Shown piece by piece: positions 48,765-58,199 of a stretch of DNA of 64,000 nt. The notes under the pieces were generated by a model. It was not told the origin of the DNA. It worked only from the letters and a program-made list of their open reading frames with translations, and ran no database searches. The translations under genes and the position numbers were made by a program. The stretch is from an uncultured bacterium (GTDB taxonomy: Bacteria > Actinomycetota > Actinomycetes > S36-B12). Within the stretch, counting starts at the first letter, position 1. Every line of letters starts with the position of its first letter. The stretch covers positions 354,673-418,672 of the forward strand of contig CAVPPK010000002.1 of the NCBI GenBank assembly GCA_963707385.1, read 5' to 3'.

Positions 48765-48847
48765 GCCGAACCCTCCTGCGCCGCCGGTCACCCTCGGGTG
48801 CCGGCGGCGCACGGATGTCCGCACCCGAATCGAGAGAGGACCGAACC

Positions 48848-50601
48848 ATGGTGGACTCCTGGATCGTCGACTGGACCCGCAACGAGCGGCTGCCGTACTA
48901 CACGCGCGCCAACGCGGGCGAGGTGCTGCCCGATCCGGCCAGCCCGCTCGGGTGGAGCCTGGTGTTCGAGGAGGGCCTGCTGCCGGGCTGGTACCGCGGC
49001 TTCGTCGAGTTCGGCATCTACGGGCCGGACGAGTTCAACACCCCGCCGAAGATCCCGATGGTCGGCATCTTCGGCGGCTACTTCTACCTCAACCTCTCGC
49101 ACATGCGCCTGCTCGGCCTCCGGCTCGGAGCCGACCTCGACGAGTTCGACGCGGGCCTGCTCGGCTCGCACCCCGACACCCCGCCCTACGAGCCGCATCC
49201 GGACGACGTCAACCCGGAGCTGTCGGCCAAGGCGGCGGCGACGATCGGGGAGATCCTCGGATCGACGTCGTACCCGCTGATCGACGAGGACCGCCGTCGC
49301 ACCGCACGGTTCGCCGCCGAGCGACCCGACCTCACGACCCTGACGGACGCCGAGCTCGTCGCCCGCGCTCGCTGGTTCGCGCCCGAGCTCGACAACGGGT
49401 TCGCGCGCCACGACTACTCGAGCCTCGCCTCGACCATCGGCCCGAGCATCCTCGCGGGGCTGTGCGCGTCGATCGGCGAGCCCGACCTCCAGCTCGAGCT
49501 GATCTCCGGGCTCGGCGACGTCGACTCGGCCTCGCCGTCGTGGGGCCTGTGGGCGCTGTCGCGGGAGGCGAACGCGTCGCCGGAGATCACGGCGCTCTTC
49601 GACGAGGGCCCCGACGCGGTGCTCGCGGCGATCACCGACCCGCAGACGGACGCCACCCGGCGCTATGCCGAGTCGTTCGCCGCGTTCATGCGCGAGTCCG
49701 GCTCGCGCGGTCCCAACGAGTGGGACATCCACGCACTGTCGTGGGAGGCCGACCCGCTGGCCCCGCTCAAGCTCGTGAACGGGATCCGCAAGGCGTCCGA
49801 CGCCGACTCCCCGCAGGCGCGGCACGAGCGACTCGCGGCCCGTCGGGCCGCTGCTGCCGACCGCCTGCGTGCCGGCCTCGCAGGCAACGAGGAGGCGCTC
49901 GGCACCCTCGAGATGGCGCTCGCGTCGACGTCGCTGTCGGTGCCGGCGCGCGAGCGCACCAAGGCGACCTGCGTGGCCGTGGTCAACGAGGTGCGCATGG
50001 CCGATCCGCGAGCTCGGCCGCCGCGGCGTCGAGCAGGGCCTGTTCGCCAGGCCCGAGGACGTCATGATGCTGATGAACGACGAGCTCGACGCGTACGTGG
50101 CCGATCCGGCGCTCGTTCCGCGACGTCATCGCCGCGCGGCTCGCCGACTACGAGGAGCTGTTCGAGCTCGATCCGCCGTTCATCATCGCCGCGGATCCGG
50201 CACCGCTGTCGCAGTGGCCGCGCCGCACCGAGCGCCGCATGCCGCTGCTCAAGGACGGCGACGTCCTCACCGGACTCGGCGGCGGCGCGGGCCGCGTCAC
50301 CGGCCGGGTCTGCGTCCTCACCGATCCGTCCGACATGGCCCGGCTCGAGCCCGGCGACGTCCTCGTGGCGCCGTTCACGGATGCCGCCTGGACGCCCCTG
50401 TTCCTCATCGCCGGGGCGGTCGTCGTCGACGTCGGGGCCATGAACAGCCACGCCGTCGTGGTCAGCCGGGAGCTGGGCATCCCGAGCGTCCTGTCGGTGC
50501 AGACCGCCACCAGCCAGCTGGCCGACGGCATGGAGGTCACGGTCGACGGCACCGCGGGGACGGTCACTGTCGAGTCCACGGTCGCTGCGACTACCGTCTA
50601 G
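48848..50601 (+). CDS. PEP-utilizer mobile-domain (swivelling phospho-His) protein, paralogue 3, no ATP-grasp; 2 frame interruptions (near 50000 and 50115)
   Basis: MVDSWIVDWTRNERLPYYTRANAGEVLPDPASPLGW. C-terminus EPGDVLVAPFTDAAWTPLFLIAGAVVVDVGAMNSHAVVVSRELGIPSVL...MEVTVDGTAGTVTVE. TAG at 50599-50601. Confidence 0.8.
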
Positions 50602-50603
50602 CC

Positions 50604-51563
50604 ATGTCGTACGTCTACGAGGAGTACCGGGACCTGGTCGTCATCGAGCGCGTCGAGGAGGCCGAGGGCGTCGTCACGATCCGGCTCGGCGCCCCGACGG
50701 GGGAGAAGCTGCCCGGCTGGGAGCCGGGCGCCCACATCGACGTCGAGCTGGGCAACGGCATCGAGCGCCAGTACTCGCTGTGCAGCCACTTCCACGCCGA
50801 CACCTGGCGCATCGCCGTCCTCCGCGAGCCCGAACAGCCGTGGCGGGCTCGTCGTACATCCACGAGAACATCCAGGTCGGCGACGCCGTGCGCACGCGCG
50901 GGCCGCGCAACCACTTCCCGCTCGTGGACGCACCGTCGTACCTGTTCATCGGCGGCGGCATCGGCGTGACGCCCATGGTGCCGATGCTCGGCGAGGTCAT
51001 CTTCGACAAGAACGTGCCGTGGACGTTCTACTACGGCGGGCGCACCCGCGCGTCGATGGCGTTCCGCGACCGGCTCGAGGCCCTCGGCGTCGTGCTGTGG
51101 CCGCAGGACGAGAAGGGCCTGCTGCCCCTCGACGAGATCCTGGGCAACGCCGACCCCGACACGGCGGTCTACTGCTGCGGTCCCGAGCCGCTGATCGCGG
51201 CGGTGGAGGAGACCTGCGAGCGGCTGGGCCGGTCCGGCCCCGCATGTCGAGCGCTTCGCCGCGAAGGCCGTGGACACCACGGGCGATCCCGGCGACCACG
51301 AGTTCACCGTCGTCCTCAACAGCTCGGGCGCAGAGTACGTCGTGCCCCGTGACAAGAGCATCGTCCAGGTCCTGCTCGACAACGACGTGCGCGTCATGAC
51401 CTCGTGCGCCGAGGGCGTCTGCGGCACCTGCGAGACCAAGGTGATCTCCGGCGAGATCGTCCACCGCGACTCGCTCCTGTCCGAGGAGGACCGCGAGGAG
51501 GGCGTCTACATGATGCCCTGCGTCTCGCGCTGCAAGGGCGATCGGCTCGTGCTGGACATGTAG
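50604..51563 (+). CDS. Oxygenase reductase, phthalate-dioxygenase-reductase type (flavin/NAD domain plus C-terminal plant-type 2Fe-2S); 2 frame interruptions
   Basis: RQYSLCS (RxYS flavin motif), YLFIGGGIGVTPMVPML, C-terminal CAEGVCGTCETKV...MMPCVSR (C-x4-C-x2-C...C). Confidence 0.8.
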
Positions 51564-51606
51564 GGCTTCCCTCGAGACCCCGAGCGGGGGAGGATGACGG
51601 AAACTG

Positions 51607-51646
51607 CTGGGAAGTCCTTGCAAAAGTCGTCTAGACAACTGTACGG
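51607..51646 (+). promoter_or_regulatory. Composite box upstream of Rieske-5
   Basis: CTGGGAAGTCCTTGCAA (51607-51623), followed immediately by AGTCGTCTAGACAACT (51625-51640), which is palindromic in 14 of 16 positions. Confidence 0.55.
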
Positions 51647-51673
51647 TTGCGTCACCCCGCCGAGAGGATCCCC

Positions 51674-52819
51674 ATGACCACCACGCCCTTCGTGCCGCCC
51701 ACCCGCGGTGACGGCCCGCTGCGCTTCTCACCGGAGATCCCGAACACGCCCGGGCCAGTCCGAGACGATCCCGTCGAGCTGGTACACCGATCCCGAGCGC
51801 TTCGAGCTCGAGCGCAAGTACGTGCTCAACCCCAGCTGGCAGATCATGTGCCGCTCGGAGCAGCTGGAGAACGTCGGCGACCACGTCGTCTGGGAGGGCC
51901 ATGGCGAGACCATCGTCATCACCCGCAAGAAGGACGGCTCCCTCGGCGGCTTCCACAACGTGTGCCTGCACCGCGGCGCCCGCATCGTGCGCGACTCCGG
52001 CGAGTGCGCCCGGCGCTTCAAGTGCCCCTGGCACGACTGGGTCTACGACTTCGACGGCCAGGTCGTCGGCGTGCCGGACCGCGAGGACTTCGACCAGGAC
52101 ATCCTCAAGGGCCTCAAGGCGCACCAGGTCGAGCTCGACGAGTGGGGCGGCTGGGTGTGGGGAGTGCTCGACGGCCCCGGCGTCGCCCCGTCGCTGCAGG
52201 ACTGGCTCGGCGACGACATCCTCAAGGACCTCGGCGCCTACCGCATGGAGGACATGTTCCTCAAGGAGAAGCTGACCTGGTACGTCGACGTCAACTGGAA
52301 GGTCGTCGTCGACGCGTTCAACGAGTTCTACCACGCGCCGGCGCTGCACCACATCCCGCCGCAGGACGTCAAGGACGGCCGCGAGATGCGCATCTTCGAG
52401 TTCGACCGCCACTCGATGATGGTCGTCCCGCTCAAGGGCGCGCTGCCCAAGCTGCAGGAGAACCCCGACCACCAGTCGGTGGCGATCTGCCACTACACGA
52501 TCTTCCCGACGAGCGTGTTCAACAACAACCCCGAGCACCTGCAGCTGTTCCGGTCGGTGCCGGTCGCGCACAACAAGACGCGGTTCGAGACCTGGGAACT
52601 CTGGTACAAGACCGACGATCCCGACTACATCGCGCGCACGCAGCGGCACTGGGACCACCTGAAGATCGTCGTGGGCGAGGACGTGTGGACCTGGGAGGAC
52701 GTGGCTGCGGCATCGCGGTCGTCGTACTACAAGGAGAACTTCTTCAACGACCGGGAGTGCAAGATCCCGTTCTTCCACAACCAGGTCAACCGCATCATCG
52801 AGGAGGGTGTCGCGCGTGA
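51674..52819 (+). CDS. Rieske [2Fe-2S] oxygenase alpha subunit, paralogue 5 (third subfamily); leaves frame near 51750 and returns near 52790
   Basis: CLHRGARIVRDSGECARRFKCPWHDW, NWKVVVDAFNEFYHAPALH. The N-terminus and the stop are in the frame of ORF 51647-52819, and the body is in the frame of ORF 51708-53651. Confidence 0.8.
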   Translation: MTTTPFVPPTRGDGPLRFSPEIPNTPGPVRDDPVELVHRSRALRARAQVRAQPQLADHVPLGAAGERRRPRRLGGPWRDHRHHPQEGRLPRRLPQRVPAPRRPHRARLRRVRPALQVPLARLGLRLRRPGRRRAGPRGLRPGHPQGPQGAPGRARRVGRLGVGSARRPRRRPVAAGLARRRHPQGPRRLPHGGHVPQGEADLVRRRQLEGRRRRVQRVLPRAGAAPHPAAGRQGRPRDAHLRVRPPLDDGRPAQGRAAQAAGEPRPPVGGDLPLHDLPDERVQQQPRAPAAVPVGAGRAQQDAVRDLGTLVQDRRSRLHRAHAAALGPPEDRRGRGRVDLGGRGCGIAVVVLQGELLQRPGVQDPVLPQPGQPHHRGGCRA

Positions 52820-53651
52820 CCAGCCGGCAACTGACGTGGCGCCCGACGGTCTCCGACTTCACCTTCTCGTTCAACTGCATCGGCGAGGTCCCCCTCGCCG
52901 AGCGGTTCGCCGCGGCACGTGCCGCCGGGTTCACCGACGTCGGCATCAGCGTGCGCTGGACGAAGGCATGGCTGGAGGAGGGGCACACCCTCGACGAGCT
53001 CGACTCGCTCATCGCGGACGCGGGCATCCGAATCACCGAGCTCGAGGCGATCCGCGTGATGCGCGAGGACCAGGATCCGCTCGAGGACCTGGCCGCGGCA
53101 TTGGCCGAACGTCTGCGGCCCGCGCGACTGCAGGCGATCGGCCCGTACGACGGCACGCTCGACGACGCGGCGGCTCGCGCGGGCCGGGTCGCCGACCGCT
53201 TCGCCCCCTGGGGCGTCGACGTCGTGCTCGAGCCGCTGCCGTTCACCAACATGCAGACCCCGGCCGACGCAGCGGCCATCATCATGCGCGCCGATCGGCC
53301 GAACCTGTCGATGTGCATGGACGTGTGGCACCTGTACCGCATGGGGCTGCCGCTGTCGCACCTGGACGGCCTGTGGCCGTACATCTCGACCGTGCAGTTC
53401 AACGACGGTGCCGTCGAGAGCGAGTTCCCCGACGACCTACGCGAGGACTGCCTGCTGAACCGGCGGGTCCCCGGCGAGGGGCGAGTTCGACCTCGTCGGA
53501 CTCGTGCGAGCTCGCAACGCCCACCGCCCCGACTCGACGTTCTCGATCGAGGTCATCAACCCCACGCTGCGTGCAGCAGGACGCCGGACTCTCCGCGCGC
53601 CAGATCGCCACCGGGCTGGACGCGGTGCTCGCGGCCAGTCGGGCCGCCTAG
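52816..53651 (+). CDS. Sugar phosphate isomerase/epimerase (xylose-isomerase-like TIM barrel), second copy; 2 frame interruptions
   Basis: GTGA overlap start. FTFSFNCIGEVPLAERFAAARAAGFTDVGIS, VDVVLEPLPFTN, MCMDVWHLYRMG, STVQFNDG, C-terminus ATGLDAVLAASRAA. Confidence 0.7.
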
Positions 53652-53683
53652 ACCCCGACGGACCACACAGGAGAGAAGGAACC

Positions 53684-54160
53684 ATGACCAGCTACCGCGT
53701 CGACGGGCTTCGCTTCCCGGATCGCTTCGACATCGAGCAGTTGATGTACCGGTACGCCAAGGCCGCCGACATGGCCGACATCGAGACCCAGCTGACGGTC
53801 TTCCACGACGACTGCCGCGTGAACTTCAGCGGCGACACCTGGCTGGAGGGCCACGACGACCTCCGCGCCGCCTGGCAGAGCGCCTACACCCGCTACCTGC
53901 AGACCTCGCACGCGGTCACGAACATCTCCATCACCTTCACGGGCACCGACGACGCCGAGGCGGAGAGCCTCATCACGGCGTGGCATCGCGATGCCCAGGG
54001 CAAGGAGTGGACGCTGCACGGCCGCTACGTCGACACCTGGTACAAGGGCGTCGAGGGCTGGAAGATGAAGACCCGTCAGATCGTCGCGGCGGGTGCCGTG
54101 GGCCGTGACGAGTCGACGCTCACGATGATGCAGCGCCTGACCATGAGCGACGGACACTGA
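53684..54160 (+). CDS. NTF2/SnoaL-like protein, intact
   Basis: MTSYRVDGLRFPDRFDIEQLMYRYAKAADMADIETQLTVFHDDCRVNFSG...HAVTNISITF...WKMKTRQIV. The stop overlaps the next ATG (TGATG). Confidence 0.85.
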   Translation: MTSYRVDGLRFPDRFDIEQLMYRYAKAADMADIETQLTVFHDDCRVNFSGDTWLEGHDDLRAAWQSAYTRYLQTSHAVTNISITFTGTDDAEAESLITAWHRDAQGKEWTLHGRYVDTWYKGVEGWKMKTRQIVAAGAVGRDESTLTMMQRLTMSDGH

Positions 54161-54957
54161 TGGAGCGGATGCTCGGCCTGGCTGCCGTCGTCACCGGCGG
54201 CGCGCGCGGCATCGGCGAGGGCATCGTCCGTCGGTACGTGTCGGAGGGCGCGCGCTGCGTGATCGCCGACATCGACGTCGAGGCCGGTGAGAGCCTGGCC
54301 GCCGAGCTCGGCGACGACGTCGCCTTCATCCGCTGCGATGTGACGAGCGAGGACGACATCGTCGCCGCGATCGACCTGTGCGTCGAGCGGTTCGGCGCGC
54401 TCGACATCATGATCAACAACGCCGGCGTCTCGGGCGTCACAGGGCCGATCCAGGACACCGAGCTCGCGGACTTCGATCGCACCATGGCGATCCTGACGAC
54501 CAGCGTCTTCCTCGGCACCAAGCACGCGATGCGCGTCATGAAGGAGCAGGGGCACGGCTCGATCATCAACACGTCCAGCACGGCCGGCGTCCAGGGCGGC
54601 CTCGGCCCGCACGTCTACACGATGGCCAAGCACGCAGTGGTCGGGCTGTCGAAGTCGGTGGCGGTGGAGGCCGCTCCGCGGGGCATCCGCGTCAACGTCC
54701 TGTGCCCGGGAGCGACCCTGTCGTCGCTCACGGCCGCTGTGGTCACGGGCGACAAGGACAACCTCGACGCCGCCTACGAGCGGCTGTCGTCGAAGTACCC
54801 GGGCGGCAAGGCGCCGCGCCCGGAGGACATGGCCAATGCGGCCGTCTGGCTGGGCAGCGACGAGGGCAAGTTCATGAACGGCGCCGTGATCATCATGGAC
54901 GCCGGCAAGGAGGTCCTGTCCGACCGGGCCGCCAAGTTCTACCCGATCGAGTCCTGA
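54160..54957 (+). CDS. SDR family oxidoreductase, intact
   Basis: LAAVVTGGARGIGEGIV, INNAG, NTSSTAG...YTMAKHAV, RVNVLCPG. 265 aa in a single frame. Confidence 0.9.
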   Translation: MERMLGLAAVVTGGARGIGEGIVRRYVSEGARCVIADIDVEAGESLAAELGDDVAFIRCDVTSEDDIVAAIDLCVERFGALDIMINNAGVSGVTGPIQDTELADFDRTMAILTTSVFLGTKHAMRVMKEQGHGSIINTSSTAGVQGGLGPHVYTMAKHAVVGLSKSVAVEAAPRGIRVNVLCPGATLSSLTAAVVTGDKDNLDAAYERLSSKYPGGKAPRPEDMANAAVWLGSDEGKFMNGAVIIMDAGKEVLSDRAAKFYPIES

Positions 54958-54967
54958 CTCGGATTTC

Positions 54968-55029
54968 GTTGAGTGTGCAGTTGTTGGGGGCTCGACATCG
55001 TCGACGACCCCAACAACTGCACACTCAAC
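54968..55029. terminator. Bidirectional stem-loop between convergent operons
   Basis: Perfect 22-bp inverted repeat GTTGAGTGTGCAGTTGTTGGGG (54968-54989) / CCCCAACAACTGCACACTCAAC (55008-55029). The arm sequence resembles the 5941 hairpin. Confidence 0.75.
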
Positions 55030-55495
55030 GGGTCAACTTGCGGAGCGGCCGATCGTCGAGCTGCCGCTGAGGATCAGCCGCTCGTTGGCCAGCCGCACGC
55101 TGCAGCAGCGCCTCGCCCTTCTCGATGAGGGCGGCGTTCCGCTGGTCCATGACCAGGTCCATGGCGGCCGTGAAGGCGTAGCCCGCGCGGGCGTACTCGG
55201 CTGCCACGTCGGCCAGCAGGAGCGACTCGGTCGGCTGCAGGGCGTCGAGCCTCGCCTGCACGGTGGCGTCGCCGGTCGCCGTCGCGACCTCCTGCGCGAA
55301 CTCCCCGTAGAGCGCGATCTCCTGCTTCATCAGGGAGATCTCCGCCGCGCTGGCGTTCGCGGCGCTGTTGAGCGTCGCGATGAGCATGTGCAGGCGGATC
55401 TGGGCGGCGGGGTCGGTGATCCCGGGCATGACGTCGCGCATGAGCTGCTCGCAGACGTCCTCGAGGATGCGCGGGGTCGACGGTCGCGTGATCAC
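55025..55495 (-). CDS. Hypothetical helical protein translationally coupled to APH-type kinase 2
   Basis: GTG 55495 overlaps the kinase stop (GTGA). VITRPSTPRILEDVCEQLMRDVMPGITDPAAQIRLHMLIATLNSAANASAAEISLMKQEIALYGEF. Single frame. I recognise no family. Confidence 0.5.
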   Translation of the reverse strand: MITRPSTPRILEDVCEQLMRDVMPGITDPAAQIRLHMLIATLNSAANASAAEISLMKQEIALYGEFAQEVATATGDATVQARLDALQPTESLLLADVAAEYARAGYAFTAAMDLVMDQRNAALIEKGEALLQRAAGQRAADPQRQLDDRPLRKLTR

Positions 55496-56500
55496 TGGGA
55501 CGCCTCCGGTGCGTAGGGGAGCTTCAGGGCGATGTTCAGGTACAGGTCGTGGAAGTGCGCGGCGGCCGGGAGCAGGAACGGGCCCATCACGCCGCGGTGC
55601 TGGCCCTCGGCGACGTCCTCGAAGCCGCGCAGGATGTCCTCCACGAGGTGGATCGTGCCCAGTAGGAGGAAGTACTCGGTGATGGCGGGATTGACCTGCT
55701 CCTCGGTGAGGCCCGGTCTTCTCCCGGTAGAGGGCCAGGAAGGCCTCCGGATCCGGGTAGTACAGGTGAGGCGGCATGGGGATCTGCAGGTAGTAGCCGA
55801 GGTCGAGGCGAGGATCGCCGATCTTGGCGAACTCCCAGTCGATGATGTGCGGTTCGACACCCTCGGACAGCAGGAAGTTGCCCGGCTGGAGGTCCCCGTG
55901 GACGAGGGCAAGCGGTACCTCGGGCGGGATGTTCATGCGGATCTTCTTGACCGTGTAGGCGAGGATCGGATCCGGCTCGCCGAGGTTCTCCAGGATCCGG
56001 TCGTAGATCGCGATCACGCTGTCGATGTGCGCCCGCCAGCTCGCCGGCCGCTCGATCCCAGGATCGATCTTGTCGAGGGGAGTCGTGTGGGCCGACGCGA
56101 TGATGCTGACGAAGTCCTCGCGGGACTGGTCGAAGTCCGGGCCGCCGTCCAGGTACTTCTGCATCGACGTCGACTCGATGGCCTCCGACACGATGCACTT
56201 GCTGCCGAGGTACTCGCCCGTGGCGTCGTACCACCGCGGCCGGGGGATGCGGAAGTCGTCGAGGTCCTTGATCGCCTGCAGCAGCGCCCACTCCTGATCG
56301 CGATCGCTCCGGAAGACGCTCATGTCCTCGGGCGGGTCGCCACGCAGGACGAAGGCCTCCCGCGTCCCGTCGGCCCACTGGACCTCGGCGCGCACGGTGT
56401 CACGGCTGTAGCCGCCGGGGATCGGATCGGCGCTGAGGACGGTGGCGCCACGCTCGGGCTCGACGACGTCGAGGAACGACTGGAAGCGATCGATGTCCAC
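55492..56500 (-). CDS. APH/ChoK-fold kinase 2; one frame interruption near 55700
   Basis: GTG start with GGGAGA RBS. Brenner motif LVHGDLQPGNFLL, IIDWEFAKIGDPRLDLG. The C-terminus (LTEEQVNPAITEYFLLLGTIHLVEDILRG...) lies in ORF 55492-55911. Confidence 0.8.
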
Positions 56501-56536
56501 GGATCTCCCTATGCCTCGTGCGGGCGGTAGCTCAGG

Positions 56537-57013
56537 TCAGTAATGGTCGCGCGTGCCGCGCACGGTGTGCGGGCGCTTGGCGAAGTACTCCTCGGCGGTC
56601 GGCTCGGTGCGCGTCCAGTCGACGACCTCGGTCCGATGCGTGATGAGCCAGCGACCACCGCGGCGAGCGTAGCGATCGATGTACCGCCCGCAGATGAAGC
56701 GGTCGAATCCCTCGGTGGCGTGCTGGTGGAAGGCCTGGAAGTACACCTCGCCGGTGGCGGTGTCGCCGTCGATGGCGAGGTTGATCTGGCCGAGGAAGTG
56801 CTGGGTCGCCTGGTATGCGCCGAGCGCCCGCATGGCCATGTCCGGCATCTCGTCGGCGCCGCCGCGGAACGAGCCGTAGTGCGTCGTGGCGTCCTCGGAG
56901 AAGACGGAGCGGACGAGGGCGGGATCCAGCCGGTCGAGTCCGCGCATGTAGGTCGCCGCGAGGCCACGCAGCTCGTTCTCGTCGAGGAGGAGTCGCAGCG
57001 CAGGATCGGTCAT
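56537..57013 (-). CDS. NTF2/SnoaL-like protein, intact
   Basis: MTDPALRLLLDENELRGLAATYMRGLDRLDPALVRSVFSEDATTHYGSF...HFLGQINLAI...RWLITHRTEVVDW. The ATG overlaps the upstream stop (ATGA). Confidence 0.85.
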   Translation of the reverse strand: MTDPALRLLLDENELRGLAATYMRGLDRLDPALVRSVFSEDATTHYGSFRGGADEMPDMAMRALGAYQATQHFLGQINLAIDGDTATGEVYFQAFHQHATEGFDRFICGRYIDRYARRGGRWLITHRTEVVDWTRTEPTAEEYFAKRPHTVRGTRDHY

Positions 57014-58138
57014 GGTGCCAGCACGCATTCGAGGTGGCCGAAGCCGCGGTCCGACGGATCGTCGAGGTTCACGCAGATGGCGAAGTTCTCGGCCCAGGCG
57101 TCGGGCCGCTGCTGGAACCAGCCGGCCGGATCGCCGACGTCGACCGGATGGGACACGTCCCACACCTCTCCTTCGTGGTGGTCGTCGCCGCGGTAGACCC
57201 CGCGGCCCTGCCGGTCGGTGAACCCGTCGTGGTAGCCGCCGCCCTGGAGGTAGACGGGGGAGCCGACGGGCGTCAGCTCGTACCGGTCGACGGTGCCGTC
57301 CGGGCGGGTGAAGGTGACGCGGGTGCTGGTGGCGCGGGGGAGGCCGTCGACCCGGGTGGCGTCAGCGCTGACATCGACGTACGACCAACGCGGCTGTGTC
57401 GGGTCGAGCGGGATGACGATCGACTCGGGGGCGTCGAACGAGCCGTCCCCCTGCTGGTGGAACTGCCAGAACATCACGCGATCGGGCATCCGGATCATCG
57501 TCCACTGGCGCATGGCGAATCCCCGGCGCGGGTCGCGCGTCGTGTCCGGGGCGATCGCAGCCGAGGGCCCGCCTCCGGTGCGACCCATGCCCCACGAGTG
57601 ATCGCGCACGCCGACCCACGAGTCGGGAGTGACGGTGAGCGTGCGGCCGTCCACCGTGATCGACCCGGTGACGGCGCAGCACTGGTCGAAGTTGGTCCTG
57701 TCGTAGACCTTCCGGCCAGCGGAGAACCGGACGATGCGGTCCTCGAGGTAGGGCTCGTGCAGCCCGACCCAGTCGAGGTCGAAGCTGATGCCGTAGGGGT
57801 TGTCGCCGCAGGTCAGGCGCAGTCGGGTGAGCGGCTCGACGATGTCCAGGCGCAGCGGCCCGACCTCGATGTCGTCGATGCGCGGACGCAGCCGCCGGGA
57901 CCAGCCGCAGGTTGTGCTGCCGGCCGTCGACCGTGACGCACGCGAAGCCGTCGATGACGTCGGTGTTGGGGTACAGCCGGATGGCGGCGAAGAGGGTGGC
58001 CCCGGTGGCCTCGTCTCCGAGAGTGAAGTAGAAGCCGTCGTTCCAGTGCACCGAATCGCTGACGACGGAGTCGAAGGTGCCCCCGACCTGGTGCCGCGGG
58101 TACTCGTCCATGCGCGTCAGGCGTCCGGGGTCGGTCAT
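57010..58138 (-). CDS. Conserved hypothetical protein (about 375 aa, beta-rich); about 2 frame interruptions
   Basis: MTDPGRLTRMDEYPRHQVGGTFDSVVSDSVHWNDGFYFTLGDE..., DDIEVGPLRLDIVEPLTRLRLTCGDNPYGISFDLDW, C-terminal ORF 57010-57654. No family assignment from memory. Confidence 0.5.
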
Positions 58139-58199
58139 GGCAGGAGCCTACCGCCATTGCGGCTAGTTATGAGACAAAATGTCCTATAGAGTTCGGCTC
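58139..58199. promoter_or_regulatory. Divergent control region (57010 operon / epimerase-kinase-TetR operon)
   Basis: AT-rich. AGTTATGAGACAAAAT (58165-58180) is related to AGTTATCTAGACAACT at 46517. Confidence 0.4.

Noticed and set aside
50997-53402. 801-aa minus-strand ORF, the longest in the window
   Set aside because: It lies antisense to the reductase, Rieske-5 and the TIM-barrel gene, all of which have clear motifs on the plus strand. Its composition is Arg/Ala/Val/Asp-rich without recognisable domains.
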